Part shown: piece by piece, positions 1 to 10,145 of the stretch
How the letters are laid out: each line of letters starts with the position of its first letter
Numbering within the stretch: position 1 is the first letter of the stretch
Assembly: GCA_965212055.1 (NCBI GenBank)
Contig: OZ243041.1
Coordinates: 96,001-160,000 of the forward strand
Reading direction: 5' to 3'
DNA: 64,000 nucleotides
Source: Fidelibacterota bacterium
GTDB taxonomy: Bacteria > Fidelibacterota > Marinisomatia > Marinisomatales > Marinisomataceae
Notes under the pieces: generated by a model
The model's input: the letters and a program-made list of their open reading frames with translations, nothing else
Told to the model about the DNA's origin: nothing
Databases searched by the model: none
Program-made: the position numbers and the translations under genes

Positions 1-2
1 AA

Positions 3-821
3 GTATCTGACAATCCATTAATTGCTGATAAAAATTCTGAATTAATCTTACTACGTTTTGAACAACCATTTAATAATCATAATGGTGGACATCTTGAATT
101 TGGTCCTAAAGATGGTTATTTATATATTGGATTTGGTGATGGAGGAAGTAGAAGCGATCCTTTTGGAAATGCTCAAAAATTAGACAACCTTTTTGGTACA
201 ATATTGAGAATAGACACCAATACTGATGCTGGATATACTATTCCTAAATCGAATCCATTTTATAATGATAAAAATAAAAAAGGAGAAATTTGGTCATATG
301 GCCTAAGAAATCCTTGGCGATTTTCGTTTGATTCTATGAATGGAGATATTTTTATTGGTGATGTTGGTCAAGATTCATGGGAAGAAATTGATTATATCGA
401 ATCAGGTGTAGGCGGAACAAATTTTGGTTGGAATATTATGGAAGGCAATCATTGTTATCTAGATTCAACATGTGTGTCTGATCAATATATCAACCCTATT
501 ATTGAATATCCTAGTGATGCAAATTATATGAAAAGCCTGGTTGGACGCAAGCAAACAAATGTATCTGGATGTTCAGTGACCGGAGGCTATGTATATAGAG
601 GAAAGAAAATAAATAATTTATATGGCAAATATATTTTCTCTGATTTTTGTACTGGAGAATTATGGGCTTTCGATTATCAAAAAGATATTATTTACGAGAT
701 TACTGAATCTGTTTTATCGGATGATAGGCATATGATATCTTCTTTTGGAGAAGATATTTATAAAGAACTTTATATTGTAGACTTCTTAGGTGTAATATAT
801 AAAATGGAACCAGGGGAATAA
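3..821 (+). CDS. PQQ-dependent sugar (glucose/sorbosone) dehydrogenase family protein, 5' truncated by window edge
   Basis: Frame is open from position 3 (..EQPFNNHNGGHLEFGPKDGYLYIGFGDGG..) into the 204..821 ORF; motifs HNGG, YGLRNPWRFSFD, GDVGQ, SVTGGYVYRG, ISSFGED. Confidence 0.88.
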   Translation, partial: VSDNPLIADKNSELILLRFEQPFNNHNGGHLEFGPKDGYLYIGFGDGGSRSDPFGNAQKLDNLFGTILRIDTNTDAGYTIPKSNPFYNDKNKKGEIWSYGLRNPWRFSFDSMNGDIFIGDVGQDSWEEIDYIESGVGGTNFGWNIMEGNHCYLDSTCVSDQYINPIIEYPSDANYMKSLVGRKQTNVSGCSVTGGYVYRGKKINNLYGKYIFSDFCTGELWAFDYQKDIIYEITESVLSDDRHMISSFGEDIYKELYIVDFLGVIYKMEPGE

Positions 822-1565
822 TTGTCTGATACGGCCATCAAAATCATAAATTTTCATAAAAAATATGAAGATGAAATATATGCAGTTCAAGGAATTGATT
901 TATCAATTAAAAAAGGAGAATTTTATGGTCTTCTTGGTCCAAATGGTGCCGGAAAATCTACTACTATTAATGCTATTACAAGCCTTGTGAAGCCTACAAA
1001 GGGGAATATTAGTGTTTTCAATAAGGATATAGTTTCTGATTTTAGATATACACGATCTAAAATTGGAATTTCTCCCCAAGAAATAAGCAATGATTGGTTT
1101 TTCCCAGTAGAACAACTTTTATATTTCCAAGCAGGTTTCTATGGCATAGAAAGAAACAATGCAAAAGAAAGAATAGAATATATCTTACATAAAGTTGGTC
1201 TATATAATCATAAAGATAAAAAAATGCGTCAATTATCAGGAGGAATGAAAAGACGCTTACAAATTGCAAGAGCTTTAGTACATGATCCTGAAATACTTAT
1301 TCTTGACGAACCTACAGCAGGTGTTGATGTAGCATTAAGACACGATCTTTGGGATTTTCTACAACAATTACATAAGGGAGGCAAGACAATTCTACTAACC
1401 ACTCATTATATTGATGAAGCAGAATTATTATGTGAAAGAGTTGGTATTATTAACAATGGTAAGCTTATAGCTGAAGATACAGTGCCAAATTTGAAATCAT
1501 CAATCGATAAATCAAAATTAGAAGATGTATTTTTAGAATTAACAGGGAGAACTCTTAATGATTAG
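822..1565 (+). CDS. ABC transporter ATP-binding protein (YadG-like)
   Basis: Walker A GPNGAGKS, signature LSGGMKRR, Walker B ILILDEPT, H-loop TTHY; TTG start. Confidence 0.92.
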   Translation: MSDTAIKIINFHKKYEDEIYAVQGIDLSIKKGEFYGLLGPNGAGKSTTINAITSLVKPTKGNISVFNKDIVSDFRYTRSKIGISPQEISNDWFFPVEQLLYFQAGFYGIERNNAKERIEYILHKVGLYNHKDKKMRQLSGGMKRRLQIARALVHDPEILILDEPTAGVDVALRHDLWDFLQQLHKGGKTILLTTHYIDEAELLCERVGIINNGKLIAEDTVPNLKSSIDKSKLEDVFLELTGRTLND

Positions 1566-2322
1566 AAATTGGGTTGGATTTTATACTCTTTCATCAAGAG
1601 AAATCTTACGTTTTTTTACGGTCTGGAAACAAACAATTATTCCTGGTATTGTAACAACGCTATTATATATTTTTGTTTTTGGTGTAGCACTCCAAGATAG
1701 AATAACAGAAATAGACGGCATTCCATATAAAATGTATATATTGCCTGGTTTATTAATGATGAATGTTATAACAAATGCTGTTGCTAATACAGCTTCATCA
1801 ATGTTACAAATGAAATTACTTCAAACTCTTCCTGAGCTTTTAATTACTCCCCTTTCAAGCCTTGAATTATCAGTGTCATTTATTATTGGCGGAACGGTAC
1901 GTGGTTTTGTTAATGGTATTCTTATTCTTTTAATTTGTATCATGGCTGGCATGGAAATTAGAGATCCAATTTCTACTATCTTTATTATTTTTATTGTATC
2001 ATGGTCATTTTCCAGTCTTGGCTTATTTATTGGTCAAATGTCTGATTCTTGGGACCAATTAGCACTAATACAAAATTTTGTTCTTACACCACTAAGTTTT
2101 TTAGGTGGAATTTTTTATTCTGTAAATATGTTACCAGAATGGGGTTTAGCGATTAGTAAAGTCAATCCGGTATTTTATACTATTAATTCTTTAAGATATG
2201 CAACTTTGGGCGTTTCAGATGCACCATTTGTCAATTCTATGGTCTTTATTGTACTGTTTTCTTTGTTATTAACAACCCTTGCAGTAAAGACAATGGAAAG
2301 TGGAAAAAAAATAAGGTTTTAA
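1558..2322 (+). CDS. ABC-2 type permease (YadH-like)
   Basis: About 6 hydrophobic segments, REILRF, PGLLMM, PLSFLGGIFYS, NPVFY; overlaps the ATPase gene. Confidence 0.88.
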   Translation: MIRNWVGFYTLSSREILRFFTVWKQTIIPGIVTTLLYIFVFGVALQDRITEIDGIPYKMYILPGLLMMNVITNAVANTASSMLQMKLLQTLPELLITPLSSLELSVSFIIGGTVRGFVNGILILLICIMAGMEIRDPISTIFIIFIVSWSFSSLGLFIGQMSDSWDQLALIQNFVLTPLSFLGGIFYSVNMLPEWGLAISKVNPVFYTINSLRYATLGVSDAPFVNSMVFIVLFSLLLTTLAVKTMESGKKIRF

Positions 2323-2350
2323 TTTTGAATTATATGATATAAAATCAAGC

Positions 2351-3454
2351 ATGCAAAAACATAGAAAGGCCATCCTTTATCTTGAGGATGGCCTTTTTTT
2401 TACCGGAAAAAGTCTCGGATCTTTAGGAGAAACTTCTGGAGAAGTTTGTTTCAATACTGGAATGACAGGTTATCAAGAAATCTTAACTGATCCATCCTAT
2501 GCAAAACAAATGATAGCAATGTGTTCCCCACACATTGGAAATTATGGTTCTAATGATTCTGATATTGAATCGTCCAAAGTGTATGCAACAGGATTTATAA
2601 TAAAGAGCGAATCTATTGTTTCATCCAATTGGAGATCTACTGCAAGCCTAAAGGAATTTCTCAAAGCTCACAATGTTGTTGGTATTCAAGACATTGATAC
2701 AAGAGCCCTTACGATACATATTAGAGATAAAGGTGCAATGAATGGTATTATTTCAACAAGAGATTTTGATATTAAAAGTTTGCGTAAAAAAATGAAAAAA
2801 ATTCCTTCAATGGAAGGATTAGATTTAGCCAAAGAAGTTTCTAGAAAAAGAAAAACAATACTTTCTCCAAAGAATAAGGTGAAATATAAAATTGCAGCCA
2901 TTGATTATGGTATGAAATCTAATATTTATAATATCATGCTTGAATATGATGCAGAAATTTCCATATTTCCAGCTTCAGTTAGTTCTAAACAAATTCTAGA
3001 TTATAATCCAGACGGTATTTTTTTATCCAATGGACCAGGTGATCCTGCAGCAATTGATTATGGTATTAATACAGTTCAACAATTACTTGGTAAAAAACCA
3101 ATTTTTGGTATTTGCCTTGGACATCAAATTTTAGCATTAGCTTTAAATGCTCGTACGTTTAAAATGAAATTTGGTCATCGAGGCATTAATCAACCGGTTA
3201 AAAATTTAAAAAATGATAAAATTGAAATAACATCTCAAAATCATGGTTTTGCTGTTGATGAAAAATCATTACCATCCAGTGCTGTTATTACTCATACACA
3301 CCTTAATGATAATACTGTTGCTGGTATAGAATGTAAATCTTTACAAGCATATTCCGTACAGTATCATCCTGAATCAAGTCCTGGTCCCCATGATTCGAGA
3401 TATATATTTAAACAATTTTTTCAAATGATGGATAAAAATGCCAAAAAGAAGTGA
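2351..3454 (+). CDS. carA: Carbamoyl-phosphate synthase small subunit
   Basis: [35 protein letters not shown]. Confidence 0.98.
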   Translation: MQKHRKAILYLEDGLFFTGKSLGSLGETSGEVCFNTGMTGYQEILTDPSYAKQMIAMCSPHIGNYGSNDSDIESSKVYATGFIIKSESIVSSNWRSTASLKEFLKAHNVVGIQDIDTRALTIHIRDKGAMNGIISTRDFDIKSLRKKMKKIPSMEGLDLAKEVSRKRKTILSPKNKVKYKIAAIDYGMKSNIYNIMLEYDAEISIFPASVSSKQILDYNPDGIFLSNGPGDPAAIDYGINTVQQLLGKKPIFGICLGHQILALALNARTFKMKFGHRGINQPVKNLKNDKIEITSQNHGFAVDEKSLPSSAVITHTHLNDNTVAGIECKSLQAYSVQYHPESSPGPHDSRYIFKQFFQMMDKNAKKK

Positions 3455-6400
3455 TATTAAAAAAATATTAGTTATTGGTGCAGGTCCAATTATTATTGGT
3501 CAAGCTTGTGAGTTTGATTATTCTGGCACCCAAGCCATTAAGGCTTTAAAAGAAGAAGGCTATAAAGTTATTTTAATTAATTCTAATCCTGCAACCATTA
3601 TGACTGATCCACAATTTTCTGATAAAACATATATTGAACCAATTACCAAAGAATATGTTGAAGCTATTATTAAAAAAGAAAAACCACATGCAATATTGCC
3701 TACAGTTGGAGGACAAACTGCTCTCAATATTGCTATAGAACTATATGATAATGGAATATTAAAGAAATATAATGTTGAATTGATTGGAGCTAATAAGCGT
3801 GCAATTGAAACTGCTGAAAACAGAGAAAAATTCAAAAAAGCTATGACTGATATTGGTTTAGAAGTGCCTTATGGTTATACAATTCAATCGGTTGAAGAAG
3901 GAATAGATCTTTTAAATGATCTTTCTCTTCCTGCAATCATTCGACCTTCTTTTACCCTGGGAGGTTCGGGGGGTTCTGTTGCATTTAATGAAGAAGAATT
4001 CCAAATCGCTGTTACTCAAGGGATCAAAGAAAGTCCAGTTAACCAAGTCTTGATAGAGGAATATCTTTTTGGTTGGAAAGAATATGAACTAGAAGTTATT
4101 AGAGACCTCAATGATAATGTAATTATTATTTGTTCTATTGAGAACATTGATCCAATGGGAATTCATACTGGAGATTCAGTAACAGTTGCTCCTGCGATGA
4201 CATTAAGTGATAAAGAATTCCAAAAAATGCGTAATTGGGCAATCAAATGTATAAGAAAAATTGGAGTTGATACAGGAGGATCTAATGTTCAGTTTGCTAT
4301 TGAGCCTAAAACCGGTAGAATGGTAATTATAGAAATGAATCCTAGAGTAAGTCGTTCTTCCGCATTAGCATCCAAAGCCACAGGATTTCCAATAGCAAAA
4401 ATTGCTGCAAAATTAGCAATAGGGTATTCACTTGATGAATTAAAAAATGATATTACGAACAGAACACTAGCTGCGTTTGAACCAACCATCGATTATATTG
4501 TAACCAAAATTCCACGATTTGATTTTGAAAAATTTCCATCTGCTTCAGGTAAATTAGGTGTTCAAATGCAATCAGTTGGTGAAGTCATGTCAATTGGTAG
4601 GACATTTAGAGAGTCATTTCAAAAAGCATTTCGTTCTTTAGAATTAAATCTACCAGGACTGTCACCAAAAGATCCAAGAGATAATGATCCTGAGATTAAA
4701 CGCTTTCGATCTCTGGATATTGAATCCCTTAATGATGGAAGTTCTTTTAGAATGTTAAAAATTAAGCAAGCATTAATCCAAGGATTTAGTATTGATGAGA
4801 TTTATCAAAATACAGGGATTGATCCATGGTTTTTACATGAAATTGCGGAAATTGTAAAGATTGAACAGTCCTATACTTCTATTAAAGATTTAAAAACCTT
4901 AAAAAAGAATGGATTTTCAGATAAACAAATTGCTCATATAACAAAGCGCCCTCTTCTTGATATACAAAATGCGAGAAAAAGAAAAAATATAAATCCTGTA
5001 TATAAAGTAGTAGATACATGTGCTGGTGAGTTTGTAGCAGAAACTCCTTATTGCTATTCAACCTATGAAGAAACACATGATATTGAACCACTTACAGGTA
5101 AAAAAGTAATGATTTTAGGAGGAGGACCAAATCGTATTGGGCAAGGAATTGAATTTGATTATTGTTGCGTACAAGCTGTATATGGTTTAAGGGAAGCTGG
5201 CTATAAATCTATTATGGTTAATTGTAATCCAGAAACAGTTTCTACCGATTTTGACTTAGCTGATAGGCTTTATTTTGAACCAATCACGTTTGAAGATGTA
5301 ATGAATATTATTGATTTTGAAAAACCAGATGGAGTCTTAGTACAATTTGGAGGACAAACACCTTTAAAAATTGCTAATAAACTAAAAGAAGCAGGAGTAA
5401 AGATTTTTGGGACTTCTTCTGATAGCATCAATTTAGCTGAAGATAGAGAAGCATTTACCGATTTGGTTAATAAATTAAAAATAACCATTCCTAACTATTA
5501 TATTGCAAAAAATTATGATGAAATAGTAGCATACTCAGAAAAAGCAGAATTTCCTGTTTTGGTTCGCCCAAGCTATGTTCTAGGAGGACGAGCAATGCAA
5601 ATTGTTTATTCAAAAAAAGAACTTGTTGATTATGTATTTAGATCTGCAGAAGCAACAAGTGATCACCCAATTTTAATTGATCAATTCATTGAAAATGCAT
5701 TTGAATTTGATGTGGATGCGCTTTGTGATGGCAAGAATGTATTTATTGCTGGTATTATGCAACATATTGAACAGGCAGGTATTCACTCTGGAGACTCTTC
5801 TTGTGTATTGCCTGCACACAAAATTAGTAATAAAGTCAAAAAAGAAATCATAGATGTGACTACTAAGCTCGCTAAAGCTTTAAATGTAGTTGGTCTAATT
5901 AATTTGCAGTTTGCTGTTAAAGATGAAACAGTCTATGTATTAGAAGTGAATCCTCGATCTAGTAGGACTGTGCCTTTTGTAAGCAAATATGGTAATATTC
6001 CATTGGCCAATATTGCAGCACAATTATCTGTTGGGAAAAAATTAAAAGACTTTGGATTAAAAAATATAAGACACAAACATATTGCAGTCAAAAAAGCGGT
6101 ACTTCCATTTAAAAAATTCAAAGATGAAAAAGTTTTTTTAGGCCCAGAAATGAAATCTACTGGAGAAGTGATGGGAATTAATGATAAAGTTGGAGTTGCA
6201 TTTTTAAAAGCAATGCAGTCTGATGGATATACAGTCCCTAAAAAAGGAACTGCTTTTATTTCTGTTAATAAGGCTGATAGAAGAGAAGCATTATATGCTG
6301 CCAGAGATTTAATTAAGATTGGATTTGATATTATTGCAACAGAAGGAACTGCAAAATATTTGTCTAGAAATGGTGTTCTTTGCGAACAAATTTTCAAAGT

Positions 6401-6632
6401 TGGTGAAGGTAGGCCAAATGTTGTTGATGAAATATTAAATGATAAAATTCAATTTGTAATTAATACACCGATGGGAGCTTCAGCACGATATGATGAAGAA
6501 GCAATAGGGAAAACATCTGTTATGAAAAATATTTTAACTATCACAACGATGTCAGGAGCTAGAGCTGCAATAGAGGCAATGTCTCTTAGTGAAAAAATTA
6601 AAGTCAAAGCATTACAAGAGTATTTTAAATAA
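3438..6632 (+). CDS. carB: Carbamoyl-phosphate synthase large subunit
   Basis: [30 protein letters not shown], two ATP-grasp halves, C-terminal MGS domain. Confidence 0.98.
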   Translation: MPKRSDIKKILVIGAGPIIIGQACEFDYSGTQAIKALKEEGYKVILINSNPATIMTDPQFSDKTYIEPITKEYVEAIIKKEKPHAILPTVGGQTALNIAIELYDNGILKKYNVELIGANKRAIETAENREKFKKAMTDIGLEVPYGYTIQSVEEGIDLLNDLSLPAIIRPSFTLGGSGGSVAFNEEEFQIAVTQGIKESPVNQVLIEEYLFGWKEYELEVIRDLNDNVIIICSIENIDPMGIHTGDSVTVAPAMTLSDKEFQKMRNWAIKCIRKIGVDTGGSNVQFAIEPKTGRMVIIEMNPRVSRSSALASKATGFPIAKIAAKLAIGYSLDELKNDITNRTLAAFEPTIDYIVTKIPRFDFEKFPSASGKLGVQMQSVGEVMSIGRTFRESFQKAFRSLELNLPGLSPKDPRDNDPEIKRFRSLDIESLNDGSSFRMLKIKQALIQGFSIDEIYQNTGIDPWFLHEIAEIVKIEQSYTSIKDLKTLKKNGFSDKQIAHITKRPLLDIQNARKRKNINPVYKVVDTCAGEFVAETPYCYSTYEETHDIEPLTGKKVMILGGGPNRIGQGIEFDYCCVQAVYGLREAGYKSIMVNCNPETVSTDFDLADRLYFEPITFEDVMNIIDFEKPDGVLVQFGGQTPLKIANKLKEAGVKIFGTSSDSINLAEDREAFTDLVNKLKITIPNYYIAKNYDEIVAYSEKAEFPVLVRPSYVLGGRAMQIVYSKKELVDYVFRSAEATSDHPILIDQFIENAFEFDVDALCDGKNVFIAGIMQHIEQAGIHSGDSSCVLPAHKISNKVKKEIIDVTTKLAKALNVVGLINLQFAVKDETVYVLEVNPRSSRTVPFVSKYGNIPLANIAAQLSVGKKLKDFGLKNIRHKHIAVKKAVLPFKKFKDEKVFLGPEMKSTGEVMGINDKVGVAFLKAMQSDGYTVPKKGTAFISVNKADRREALYAARDLIKIGFDIIATEGTAKYLSRNGVLCEQIFKVGEGRPNVVDEILNDKIQFVINTPMGASARYDEEAIGKTSVMKNILTITTMSGARAAIEAMSLSEKIKVKALQEYFK

Positions 6633-6635
6633 TAA

Positions 6636-9461
6636 TTATTTATAATCTTTTATATCTGGGCAAACACAGAAAAAATTTCGATCTCCATAAGCATTATCAA
6701 TACGTGATACATATGGCCAAAATTTATTTTCTTTAATCCATGTTTTAGGAAAAATTGCTTGTTCTCTAGAATAAGGATGATCCCATTCACTGCAAATTTC
6801 TCCAACTGTATGTGGCGCATTAATTAATACATTATTTTCTTTGGATACTTTCCCGCTAACAATCTCATCGATTTCTTGTTTGATTCCTATCATTGTATCA
6901 CAAAAACGATCTAATTCTTCTTTAGATTCACTTTCAGTCGGTTCCACCATTAATGTTCCTGGGATTGGCCAAGACATTGTTGGAGCATGATAGCCATAAT
7001 CAATAAGTCGTTTTGCAATATCTTCATTGGTAATATTTGCACTATTTTTGAATTCTCTACAATCAATAATGAATTCATGTGCATTTAATCCGCTAATTCC
7101 GCGATAAAGTATGGTATAATCTTTTTCTAAACGTTTTGCCATATAATTAGCGTTTAGAATCGCAACTTGAGATGCATGTAATAATCCTTTACTGCCCATA
7201 AGTTTCATATAAATGTATGATATGAGTAAAATACTTGCACTACCATATGGAGAAGAAGAAACAGCATAAGTATGATTTTTATCTGTATTTCTATGCGTTG
7301 GAAGAAATGGTTTTAATTTTTCATTGACACAAATTGGTCCCATACCAGGGCCTCCACCTCCATGAGGAATACAAAATGTTTTGTGAAGATTGATATGCAT
7401 TACATCAGCACCAAAATGTCCTGGTTTACAAATTCCAACCATTGCATTCAAGTTGGCTCCATCCATATACACTAATCCACCATTTTTATGAATGATATCA
7501 CATATTTCATCAACATTATGTTCAAATACTCCATGTGTAGATGGATAAGTAATCATTAGTGAAGATAAGTTTTTTCCTGCTTTTTCTGCTTTTGATTTCA
7601 GATCATCATAATCGATATTTCCATGACGATCACATTTAACAATTACTACTTTTAAACCAGCCATAATTGCACTTGCTGGGTTTGTGCCATGTGCAGATTC
7701 AGGTATTAAACAAATATCTCGTTTAGATTTTTTAGATTTATGATATTCTTGTATTGAAAGTAATCCAGCATATTCTCCTTGTGCACCAGAATTAGGTTGA
7801 AATGATACAGCATTAAACCCTGTAACTTTTGATAGCATCTCTTCTAATTCATTAATAACTAATTGATATCCTTTTGTTTGTTCAGCAGGAGTAAAAGGGT
7901 GTATGATATTAAATTCTGGCCAACTAATTGGAATCATCTCAACAGTTGCATTTAATTTCATAGTACATGATCCTAATGGAATCATACTATGATTAAGCGA
8001 CAAATCTCTTTTTTCAAGTTTGCTCATATAGCGAAGCATTTCTGTTTCAGAATGAATACTATTAAAGATTGGGTGAGTTAAAAAAGCGCCCCCTCTAGTC
8101 GGTGCAGAGCTCAGTTTTTCTTTGTTTGGTGCATTAGAATTTGTTTTAAACAAATTACCAAGCTTGAGAACTTCTTCCTTTGTGGTTTTTTCATCTAGAG
8201 AAATTCCAATACAACCATTTTCATGATACATTAGATTAAAATTGTTTAACAATGCTTCTTTTTTCAATGAATCTATTTCTAGGTTCTTTAATTCAACTGT
8301 AATTGTATCAAAATAATTTTTTTTGTGATTAACAAGTCTATGACCATTCTTCAAAATCAATTCTGATAAATCTTTTGTATGATTATGAATAGTTGTTGCA
8401 ATGCGTTTTAAATTTTTTGGCCCATGAAATACTGCATACATTCCGGAAATAATGGCTAATAAAACTTGTGCTGTACAAATATTAGAAGTTGCTTTTTCTC
8501 TTCTTATATGTTGTTCTCTTGTTTGAAGAGTTAATCGATAAGCTTGATTACCATGTCTATCTTTTGATACGCCAACAATTCTGCCTGGAATATCTCGTTT
8601 GAATTCATCACATGTTGCAATAAATGCTGCATGAGGTCCACCAAAACCAAGCGGAACACCAAATCTTTGACTATTTCCTACTGCTATATCTGCTCCAAAA
8701 GATCCTGGAGCTTCAAATAATTGTAAACACATTAAATCGGTTGCAAAAATTACCTTACAATTTGCTTTATGAGCTTTATCAACAATCTCTTTATATATTT
8801 TTGAGCCATCAATTGATCCAAAACGATTCGGATATTGTATAATACAACCAAAGGCATTCTCAAAATTCATTTTTTCATATTTACAGATTTCAACTTCAAT
8901 GCCTAGAGGCTCTGCTCTTGCAATAATAACATCAATTGTTTGTTGAAAACAATCTTGATCCACCAAAAATTTCTTTGCATTGTCTTTATTTTTCCTATAT
9001 AACATTAACATAGCTTCGCTTGCCGCAGTCCCCTCATCTAAAAGCGATGCATTTGCAATTGGTAAATCACAAATTTCTGAAATCATCGTTTGATAATTCA
9101 GTAACGCTTCTAATCTCCCTTGTGAAATTTCTGCCTGGTAAGGGGTATATTGAGTATACCATCCTGGATTTTCTAATATATTTCTTAAAATGACATTTGG
9201 AGTAATAGTATCATAATATCCTTGTCCAATTAATGATCGATAAAGTTTATTTTTTTTACCGATGGTTTTCATATAATCTAAAATTTCATTTTCAGAAAAT
9301 GATTCATTTCCAATTGATTCTTCATCGATTTCTAAGATATTTTTTGGTACAATTTTTTCTGTTAAGCTATTAAGCGATTGTTCTCCTAAAGCGTTAAGCA
9401 TTTCTTGAATACTTTCTTCTTTAGGGCCGATATGTTTATTGTGAAATTCCGACATTTTCAT
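6636..9461 (-). CDS. gcvP: Glycine dehydrogenase (aminomethyl-transferring), single-chain P protein
   Basis: YTPYQAEISQGRLE, REQHIRREKATSNICTAQ, PLP lysine motif HINLHKTF, EPTESE. Confidence 0.97.
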   Translation of the reverse strand: MKMSEFHNKHIGPKEESIQEMLNALGEQSLNSLTEKIVPKNILEIDEESIGNESFSENEILDYMKTIGKKNKLYRSLIGQGYYDTITPNVILRNILENPGWYTQYTPYQAEISQGRLEALLNYQTMISEICDLPIANASLLDEGTAASEAMLMLYRKNKDNAKKFLVDQDCFQQTIDVIIARAEPLGIEVEICKYEKMNFENAFGCIIQYPNRFGSIDGSKIYKEIVDKAHKANCKVIFATDLMCLQLFEAPGSFGADIAVGNSQRFGVPLGFGGPHAAFIATCDEFKRDIPGRIVGVSKDRHGNQAYRLTLQTREQHIRREKATSNICTAQVLLAIISGMYAVFHGPKNLKRIATTIHNHTKDLSELILKNGHRLVNHKKNYFDTITVELKNLEIDSLKKEALLNNFNLMYHENGCIGISLDEKTTKEEVLKLGNLFKTNSNAPNKEKLSSAPTRGGAFLTHPIFNSIHSETEMLRYMSKLEKRDLSLNHSMIPLGSCTMKLNATVEMIPISWPEFNIIHPFTPAEQTKGYQLVINELEEMLSKVTGFNAVSFQPNSGAQGEYAGLLSIQEYHKSKKSKRDICLIPESAHGTNPASAIMAGLKVVIVKCDRHGNIDYDDLKSKAEKAGKNLSSLMITYPSTHGVFEHNVDEICDIIHKNGGLVYMDGANLNAMVGICKPGHFGADVMHINLHKTFCIPHGGGGPGMGPICVNEKLKPFLPTHRNTDKNHTYAVSSSPYGSASILLISYIYMKLMGSKGLLHASQVAILNANYMAKRLEKDYTILYRGISGLNAHEFIIDCREFKNSANITNEDIAKRLIDYGYHAPTMSWPIPGTLMVEPTESESKEELDRFCDTMIGIKQEIDEIVSGKVSKENNVLINAPHTVGEICSEWDHPYSREQAIFPKTWIKENKFWPYVSRIDNAYGDRNFFCVCPDIKDYK

Positions 9462-9486
9462 GAATTCTACTCTCTATTGGGCGTAG

Positions 9487-9558
9487 TACCCCCGGAAGGA
9501 CTCGAACCTACAACCAAGGGCTTAAAAGGCCCCTGCTCTACCATTGAGCTACGGAGGC
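9487..9558 (-). tRNA. tRNA-Lys(UUU), CCA not encoded
   Basis: Reverse complement GCCTCCGTAGCTCAATGGTAGAGCAGGGGCCTTTTAAGCCCTTGGTTGTAGGTTCGAGTCCTTCCGGGGGTA folds as a cloverleaf; anticodon loop CTTTTAA. Confidence 0.95.
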
Positions 9559-9569
9559 AAAAGTAGATG

Positions 9570-9599
9570 AATTTAAGGTTATGAATTGTTATTTGGTAA
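9570..9599 (-). promoter_or_regulatory. Putative sigma70 promoter for tRNA-Lys/gcvP
   Basis: Minus strand TTACCA-18 nt-TAAATT, 11 nt upstream of the tRNA 5' end. Confidence 0.45.
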
Positions 9600-9640
9600 T
9601 GGAAAAAACATAATTTTTTATAAAAAAATTAAATTAATTA

Positions 9641-9670
9641 TTGCCAAATTGTATAAAAAACTATTACCTT
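9641..9670 (+). promoter_or_regulatory. Putative sigma70 promoter upstream of the small structured RNA and tmRNA
   Basis: TTGCCA (9641-9646)-18 nt-TACCTT (9665-9670), preceded by an A/T-rich UP-like tract. Confidence 0.5.
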
Positions 9671-9676
9671 GCGTAT

Positions 9677-9753
9677 AGTCTTTTTAAGATTATTGTAAAC
9701 AAATACAAGCAATCGAAAGGTTCCGCGGTTGGCGCTCGGAGCCTTTTTTGTTT
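9677..9753 (+). ncRNA. Candidate unannotated small structured RNA (two hairpins, the second terminator-like)
   Basis: P1 GATT-A-TTGTA/TACAA-GC-AATC (9688-9714); P2 AAAGGTTCCG/CGGAGCCTTT (9716-9746) followed by TTTGTTT; follows a putative promoter. Confidence 0.45.
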
Positions 9754-9790
9754 CCAAAAAAAACATTATCTTTAAAGATATTTGACAATT

Positions 9791-10135
9791 GGGGGCGACC
9801 GGTTTCGACATTTTAGAAAGAAACTTTAAATCGCATGTAGAGCTTAGTAACTCTTTAAACTTCTAAACTGTATTAAGTGCCGATTATGGCCAAATGGCTG
9901 TAGCTTAATTGCATGCAGTCCATCATCAGTAGGCGTTTCTCATCCGTAGCTGAATGGTGTCATAAAAATGAGATAGCATGTTAATTTTCTTCGATTTAAC
10001 AAGCAAAATTCAGAAGATAGTTTTATACATGATTGTTCTTGAACATGTATAAAATGAAAACTAATCAAGCAACTAAACATGTAGAAGTTTAATTTTTCTC
10101 TACCATGGACGGGAGTTCGAATCTCCCCGCCTCCA
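9791..10135 (+). ncRNA. ssrA: tmRNA (one-piece); tag peptide (A)ADYGQMAVA
   Basis: 5' GGGGGCGACCGGTTTCGAC; 3' GGACGGGAGTTCGAATCTCCCCGCCTCCA; acceptor stem with G3-U pair; tag ORF GCC GAT TAT GGC CAA ATG GCT GTA GCT TAA at 9879-9908 after TTAAGT. Confidence 0.95.
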
Positions 10136-10145
10136 CAAATAAATT

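Noticed and set aside
9462..9486. Glycine riboswitch upstream of gcvP
   Set aside because: Only about 25 bp separate the gcvP start from tRNA-Lys, and no aptamer motif is present
9677..9790. SRP RNA, tRNA or a known riboswitch as the identity of the hairpin element
   Set aside because: No SRP domain IV motif, no cloverleaf and no aptamer consensus that I recognise; kept only as an unassigned candidate
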